Shown one piece after another: positions 59,501-64,000 of a stretch of DNA of 64,000 nt. The notes under the pieces were generated by a model, which searched no databases, was not told where the DNA came from, and saw only the letters and a list, made by a program, of their open reading frames with translations. The position numbers and the translations under genes were made by a program. Source of the DNA: Anaerohalosphaeraceae bacterium (GTDB lineage Bacteria > Planctomycetota > Phycisphaerae > Sedimentisphaerales > Anaerohalosphaeraceae); contig CAXXSL010000020.1 in NCBI GenBank assembly GCA_963675525.2, positions 64,001-128,000 of the forward strand. Reading direction: 5' to 3'. Each line of letters opens with the position of its first letter. Position 1 is the stretch's first letter.

Positions 59501-62119
59501 AAACCCATTCGAGCCGATCGGATTTATGAGGTCATTGAGCGATACAACAACACCGAAGGCCGAACACGCCGTGCCAAAAAGGAATTCTGGTCGGGGCATG
59601 AATTGATGAATCTTGGGTTTGGCGGTTCGCTCGAACCGGTCTCGTCCCATGTCTTTGAACTGGCCGACAAAACAGACTCTTTCAGCTCCCAGCATATGCT
59701 GGTGGATTCCTTTTCCCGCTATACTCGCTATGGAAAACATGATCGTGTAGAGCACACATATGTTGCCCGGATATTTTCAGAAGCGATCGACAGCGACAAA
59801 GAAAGCTACGAATATTTCGTTGAATTATTTGTCCTCTTAGCCAAGTGGATCGACAAAAAAAGAAAACTGGGGCTCAGTTGTCTTTCAACTCTCCTGTCTG
59901 AAATCAGTGAAGAGAACCAAACGCGACGCGACAAAATCATTAATGCCCTGATGCGGATTGCCGTCAACGAAAAACGGCTCTTTGAAAACACGATCTCTCA
60001 ATCGGCCGTCGATATCCTGCACGGAATGAACCTCGGAACCATTGCATTGGTTTCACCCGAATCCCTTTACAGCGGGGCTGCCGGCGGGGTCGGTATTTAC
60101 ACCACCGATATAGCAGATGTGTTGAGCGAACTCGGTTTTCATGTCGTTGTGGTAACCCCCCTCTACGAAGCACATCGCGATAAAATCATCAAAAATTATG
60201 CCCCGCGGTATGACGGGCACAGTTTTAGCATACAGTTTCCCGAATTTGATGAGAGTACCCAGTCGATTCGAAAAAATACCGTCCCGGATGTCATCAATAT
60301 CCTTCGTAGTAACCTGCTCCGTTTTAAGCATGGAAAATCCGCCCGTGTCGAAGTGCTCTACCTGGAAAACGGCAAGTACCTGGATGTTCCCTACGGCGGC
60401 ATGACCGGAGAAGACAAGATACGCCGTGCCCGTGTTCTTTCGCAGGGAGCTATCGAAGCATTACGCGCTTACAATTACTACCCGACGATCATCCAGACCA
60501 ACGAATGGCCGACATGGCTCATTTCAGCTTACTTGAAACGCTGGGCAGAATATTCAACCGACCCGCATTTCTTCAACACCCGTGTCGGCAGTATGATGCA
60601 CAACCCGCATCCATCCTACAGCATCGTCATGAACGAAAATAACATGTTCCGTCGGTTTTATTATTGCATGATTCTCGGATTGGATGCCATCATGAATGCA
60701 GACATTTGCATGAATCCCAACAGCATCAGCGGTCATGAGATCGACTTGACATACCTGATGCTGAAAACCTCCGACTATATCGGAACGGTCAGCAAAGCCA
60801 TGCGGCAGAGGATTCTTGATGAGCCCGGAGTCTTTAAACACGGTCATTTATATAATCAGTTGAACGCTGAGGAACGCTTTTTCAGCCGACGGAATGGCTT
60901 TAATATGGCCGCCCGGCAGCGATTTTGGTTCCGCTCCAAGAAAAGCATCCTTGAAACCTATGATACTGCAAGCCGAAAACGACTTTTTGCCAAATACACA
61001 CATGCCAAAAAACTTGCCAAAGCGGGCCTTCAAGCCGACCCCAACATGCGACTCAACCCCGACGATGAGAAGACACACCATGTTATCTTCTCCATGCTTC
61101 ATCGTATCTGCAAGCAAAAAGGATTCGAACTGCTGGTTGATTGGAAGGTTTACGAAGACGACAGCGGTCGACGATGGGTTACCTACGAGCCCTGGAAAAT
61201 GATGGGGACTACCGTTTTAGAATACTTTCTTTCTCGCGATGAACGCATTCAATACGTCATTTGCGGGAGAGTCGAAGACAGTTTTGACGGCCGACGGTTT
61301 GATATGCATTTTCGCAGAATCGCCTGGATGCCTGAATTCCAGGGTCGATTTGCTTATTCTCCGGAAGGCTCTCTGTCCCCCTCGCTCTATCGAAATGTAT
61401 ATGTCGGCAGCCAGTTCTTTGTGATGCCTTCCGGCGGCGAGGTGGGCGAACCCTGCGGTATCAGCCAGCAGGAAGCACACGCCGGAGGTACCCCTGTCAT
61501 TGCCCATCATCAGGACGGCTTGCAGCGAACTGTTTCAGATCGAGACTTTGGCGACAAGGAATTTCCTTCTAATGGGATAAAGTTCAGCGGATTTACCGGC
61601 GAGGCACTACTCGATGCCCTCCTCGACGCGCTCGAAGTGTATTATCACAGCAGACGGTTGCTTTATCATGATAAAAAAGGACACCTCAAAAAATTGCGAT
61701 ATCGAGATTTGTCCTATAATGCATTTAATACCGATCACCGATGGCTTCGCCTGCTGCGTGAATACATCCGGACCTATTCGATAATGGCCGGGGTGGAACT
61801 GCCTCAGCATATCGATGCGATGCGGCTGATTGCCGATATGGCGGATGCCCCCGATACGGAACTGCCAAACATTATCCTGCGTAAAGGGATGACGGTTCCG
61901 GAGGCCGTCAACAGCCTGCTCGATGCCCTGACCTGTCCGATTCTTTCCGTTCGAAGAGCAGTCGAGAAAAAACTGCTTCGGTTGTATACCGTTCTCCAAA
62001 GTGACATCCTGACGGCCGTCGAAAAACGCATGGCACGCGCCGCTATGGACGAAGGGGAAAAGAATAGAATGAGCCATTTACTCGAACAGATCGACCGTGC
62101 GAAAGCCAAACGACCCTGA
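56594..62119 (+). CDS. 1841-aa fusion: unknown N-terminal region + GH13 alpha-amylase-like domain + GT5 glycogen/starch synthase-like domain
   Basis: LRIDVGH (D675), SEQW (E740), NSHDE (D805); then LVSPE..AAGGVG, TNEWPT, HNP, TVS, NG, HRICKQKG, MPS..EPCGISQ, HQDGLQRTV. Confidence 0.8.
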   Translation: MNTLIVFRYSTSGQIQYLSPEKTLQLLEKDQKLILDTALAEVISLIKEQSRPFYKALVNRRIQLRISDSFKGTAALLPHDIIFNAALITAGRRFIMRRHRLIVGALERVFYHLCHPELHITQVRLHSLQFYQDHKKILRATIDEISANPSEFNEPDWLESLKQVDSLLLLDRFWTYLGKTASAQAVMKAAGGPKSRTRSQVKKALENFAKTIQKEFKIKEKRILSFLTGFKWLYRNNDWVVLVYKLPGNLLKVIRLCDQQWLDAMSNESACHSAFFNTIRTDIFHDHGKWISEWILQLQVYAKDPSLQTLQEMLLSDDLHKVRTAVQQLVNKIRRKDNPRHSLRLLYSALYYQHNPDKGMCRSICLEVSTILENLLTERPFTFPPTRINRSVLRAKHAFARINIRKPRNIKKDKFKVRIQWSANGRRKKPLMMTSEGPIGPDGIMTFVAFFPLRAGWLHYSVQFSIDDGQSWQWEELDPNSHGLLKYIADERGQRVLSFYADTFNLKLDEKFQPIKDENGMYVYGTFDEIAEQLKEIRNEGYTRIYPLGALELGWAGEAGPDPSVFSVWDGKTVRHDLGGIEALIRLRQKADELGMKILLCVLSHFSRANVSYPYRMPVYIADKNGKLTCRAGWDGEWSEWLDSFMVNMRDFENVDTLAQIGVELAGLGFGLRIDVGHGFDTVFPIAPDLKGTPRLMGEVTMSGFEPVDLRGTDEPNISLLHMCYQIQKAVPKATVVYSEQWHGNETRMIRSGTIPYNSLIKNMENIRSGQDVSQALGLNDNLAYLNRIYRANGGQTLSLFNSHDEESPTSNYQNMIWPVAAFLVLSSQGPIMYHVSRLPGPETGSMPQRFDDAYTECWKHWVNNRFSHPWHKENQTRWQILASYPILYGFGKYLRSLYQFVDQNPAFTRGIIIPINTENTRIAGFLRIHKDRMYLCIFNFPNADAGNQQAVSREFNFLLRSNDPALPIKPIRADRIYEVIERYNNTEGRTRRAKKEFWSGHELMNLGFGGSLEPVSSHVFELADKTDSFSSQHMLVDSFSRYTRYGKHDRVEHTYVARIFSEAIDSDKESYEYFVELFVLLAKWIDKKRKLGLSCLSTLLSEISEENQTRRDKIINALMRIAVNEKRLFENTISQSAVDILHGMNLGTIALVSPESLYSGAAGGVGIYTTDIADVLSELGFHVVVVTPLYEAHRDKIIKNYAPRYDGHSFSIQFPEFDESTQSIRKNTVPDVINILRSNLLRFKHGKSARVEVLYLENGKYLDVPYGGMTGEDKIRRARVLSQGAIEALRAYNYYPTIIQTNEWPTWLISAYLKRWAEYSTDPHFFNTRVGSMMHNPHPSYSIVMNENNMFRRFYYCMILGLDAIMNADICMNPNSISGHEIDLTYLMLKTSDYIGTVSKAMRQRILDEPGVFKHGHLYNQLNAEERFFSRRNGFNMAARQRFWFRSKKSILETYDTASRKRLFAKYTHAKKLAKAGLQADPNMRLNPDDEKTHHVIFSMLHRICKQKGFELLVDWKVYEDDSGRRWVTYEPWKMMGTTVLEYFLSRDERIQYVICGRVEDSFDGRRFDMHFRRIAWMPEFQGRFAYSPEGSLSPSLYRNVYVGSQFFVMPSGGEVGEPCGISQQEAHAGGTPVIAHHQDGLQRTVSDRDFGDKEFPSNGIKFSGFTGEALLDALLDALEVYYHSRRLLYHDKKGHLKKLRYRDLSYNAFNTDHRWLRLLREYIRTYSIMAGVELPQHIDAMRLIADMADAPDTELPNIILRKGMTVPEAVNSLLDALTCPILSVRRAVEKKLLRLYTVLQSDILTAVEKRMARAAMDEGEKNRMSHLLEQIDRAKAKRP

Positions 62120-62357
62120 TTGCTCAATGCTCCGAGCGAAGACTGGAGGGGGGACTCGACCATCTCTGACAATTGTATCCCCATATTTATCAATGGCTTA
62201 CATTGCCTCTTATTATAAACTCTCTAAAATAATTAGCGAATCAATTAAATCTGTAAGCTCTCGTTGAGCGATTAGACTTTTACTTAATATTGGACTTTTG
62301 CTACTTATCTTATCGTTTTTTAGGAATAGGGAGTATGTCTATACACAAAAAATCTAT

Positions 62358-62385
62358 TTGACATTTACTGAAAGTGTGTTATATT
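62358..62385 (+). promoter_or_regulatory. Sigma70-type promoter upstream of PEP-CTERM gene
   Basis: TTGACA-16-TATATT. Confidence 0.5.
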
Positions 62386-62520
62386 AAAAAAACACTTTGG
62401 AACTGTCGAGAGTGTTAGAGGCAGGAGTGGAAAAGATGAAAAGTTCAACGCGTTTTATCATTCTTCTGAAGTATCTTTTTATCTGCTAATTTCAACATTG
62501 ATAACATAAGGAGTAGCAAG

Positions 62521-63150
62521 ATGAAAACATCGAAGAATAGTATGTTCGTTATTGTCGCTTTGTCAATCATGTCATTTCCTGTTTATGCCGGTATTAGTAT
62601 TACCTCTTCCGAGATTACCTGGGACGGTGGCATCAGTGCCGACGGAACACCGGGTCTTGGGTTGATCGGAGGCGGTGGAAGTTCGTCGGATCCTTACAAG
62701 CTTTCCGGCGGCGGAAGTTTTGTGAGTGATGGTACGACGGGCAGCGTTGTGGCGAGCATAAGCGGTATTATCTCACTTGAAGCGGACGAGCAGCTTTATA
62801 CTTCATGGGAATTCACAACGGATCTCAGTGGGGGTGATGCATCATGGGATATTTCCGGTGCGCTGGACATCGGGGAATTTGATTTACAATTTGGCACCCC
62901 TTCATGGAACGTACCAACAGGTCCTGAAAGTTATGAAGGCAGTATCGGTTTTCCGAACCCACAGGGTTGGACACTGCCACCCATTGGATTTACGATCAAT
63001 GTTGAATTCGATTGGCTTGGTTCTGCGGGAGATACCTTTACGCTGACGATACCAGAGCATTCGATCGACCTTGATGTAAGAGTTGTTCCCGAACCTGCGA
63101 CAGTTTTGTTGTTGGGTTTGGGTGGTGTTTTGTTGCGCAAGAACAAATAA
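62521..63150 (+). CDS. PEP-CTERM sorting domain protein
   Basis: Signal peptide (VYA); Gly/Ser-rich acidic body; C-terminal VPEPATVLLLGLGGVLLRKNK; AAGGAG SD. Confidence 0.93.
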   Translation: MKTSKNSMFVIVALSIMSFPVYAGISITSSEITWDGGISADGTPGLGLIGGGGSSSDPYKLSGGGSFVSDGTTGSVVASISGIISLEADEQLYTSWEFTTDLSGGDASWDISGALDIGEFDLQFGTPSWNVPTGPESYEGSIGFPNPQGWTLPPIGFTINVEFDWLGSAGDTFTLTIPEHSIDLDVRVVPEPATVLLLGLGGVLLRKNK

Positions 63151-63177
63151 AAGCGACTTCGTTTTTACTGTAAACTG

Positions 63178-63207
63178 AAGCCGGTACTTTGTGTGCCGGC
63201 TTTTTTT
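63178..63207 (+). terminator. Intrinsic terminator
   Basis: AAGCCGGTAC...GTGCCGGCTT + T run. Confidence 0.85.
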
Positions 63208-63296
63208 ATGCACCTCTATATATTTACCTTACCAGCGATATTAGCGAAAACAAATGTTTGGAAACATATAAAAAAGCGTGTTAGTAATAGTGATAT

Positions 63297-63424
63297 TGGC
63301 CTGCCGAGTCGAAGTTCGCTGCGTTCATTAATTCGCATAATGTCCGCCTTCGCTAAAGCTGCGGCGAGACAGTCTTCGTTCACTGATTCCCAGCGTACGA
63401 AGACTGGATGCGAGGGGATTCGAA
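63297..63424 (-). repeat. tRNA/tmRNA 3'-end remnant (att-like) followed by REP-like palindromic element
   Basis: Minus strand TTCGAAT-CCCCT-CGCATCC-A (63424-63405); 10-bp inverted repeat CAGTCTTCGT/ACGAAGACTG (63370-63406); CCGCCTTCGCTAAAGCTGCGGCG palindrome. Confidence 0.6.
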
Positions 63425-63521
63425 AGAACTCCGCCCTTGATAATAGGGTCATAAACGCACTTTTCTACCTCCAAGTTCTATAGTAAAATCTATCAAATTC
63501 CCAGATAACTCTCCCTGATTA

Positions 63522-64000
63522 CTACTTGGAAGAGGATGCCATGAAAACTTTAGCACGTTCTTCAGCCTCAGTTATTTGTTCTGAGGTCATACGTTCTGTA
63601 AGCCAATCTTTAATTTCGCTTGCTTTTTCACCCTGCATACCTGCTAATATCGCCCATTTATATGCTTCCACATAATCTTCAACAACACCTTGCCCATGGG
63701 CATACAGCCTGCTCAATGACTCTTGTGCTACGGGATTTCCTTGCTCAGCGGACTTGGAATTCCATTTGTAAGCTTCGATATAATCTTTCTTAACACCCAT
63801 CCCTTCGCTATACATAAATCCCAATACCATTTGGGCATCGCTTAATCCTTGTTCGGCAGATTTTTTAAACCATTTAACGGCTTCTTCAAAGTTTAAAGCA
63901 ACTCCTGTTCCGTTCATAAATGCAGTTCCCAATCTCAATTGAGCTTCTGCATGTCCTTGTTCAGCAGACATGCGATACCACTTGAACATTTCTTCATCAT
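63522..64000 (-). CDS. Sel1-repeat protein (5' end outside window)
   Basis: Repeated KW..KSAEQG..AQ..LG.MY..G.GV..DY.EA; frame stays open to window edge. Confidence 0.9.
   Translation of the reverse strand, partial: DEEMFKWYRMSAEQGHAEAQLRLGTAFMNGTGVALNFEEAVKWFKKSAEQGLSDAQMVLGFMYSEGMGVKKDYIEAYKWNSKSAEQGNPVAQESLSRLYAHGQGVVEDYVEAYKWAILAGMQGEKASEIKDWLTERMTSEQITEAEERAKVFMASSSK

Noticed and set aside
63216..63452. 78-aa minus-strand ORF and overlapping 96-aa plus-strand ORF
   Set aside because: Translations run through the palindromic repeat and tRNA remnant; no protein features

Overview
A 64-kb bacterial chromosomal segment, most likely Planctomycetota class Phycisphaerae. This rests on a PVC-signature small basic protein, a PEP-CTERM protein, an H-X9-DG/DUF1559-type pilin and multiple ECF pairs. 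The left two-thirds is mostly housekeeping: a two-component pair, a TPR protein, tandem Na/Pi cotransporters, the rpmF-plsX-fabHDG-acpP-fabF operon (fabH and fabD each frameshifted), tRNA-Lys(CTT), an Mla/MCE-type ABC system, acyl-CoA ligase/transferase genes, tRNA-Thr(CGT), larE, ahcY, clpB, rluA-like and hpt. The right third holds the most interesting material. (i) Three tandem ECF sigma/anti-sigma cassettes share a promoter-like motif, terminators and apparently shuffled sensor domains. (ii) An ECF/zinc anti-sigma pair sits divergent to a secretin-less T2SS/T4P-like operon, with twin AGGTAACA-N16-YGTCTTAT motifs between them. (iii) An 1841-aa GH13-like + GT5 glycogen-synthase-like fusion. 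(iv) An AT-rich right end with tRNA/tmRNA 3'-end remnants suggestive of nested island att sites. A candidate ~75-nt sRNA and a sigma54-type clpB promoter were also found. All family calls come from motif recognition by eye; no searches were run.
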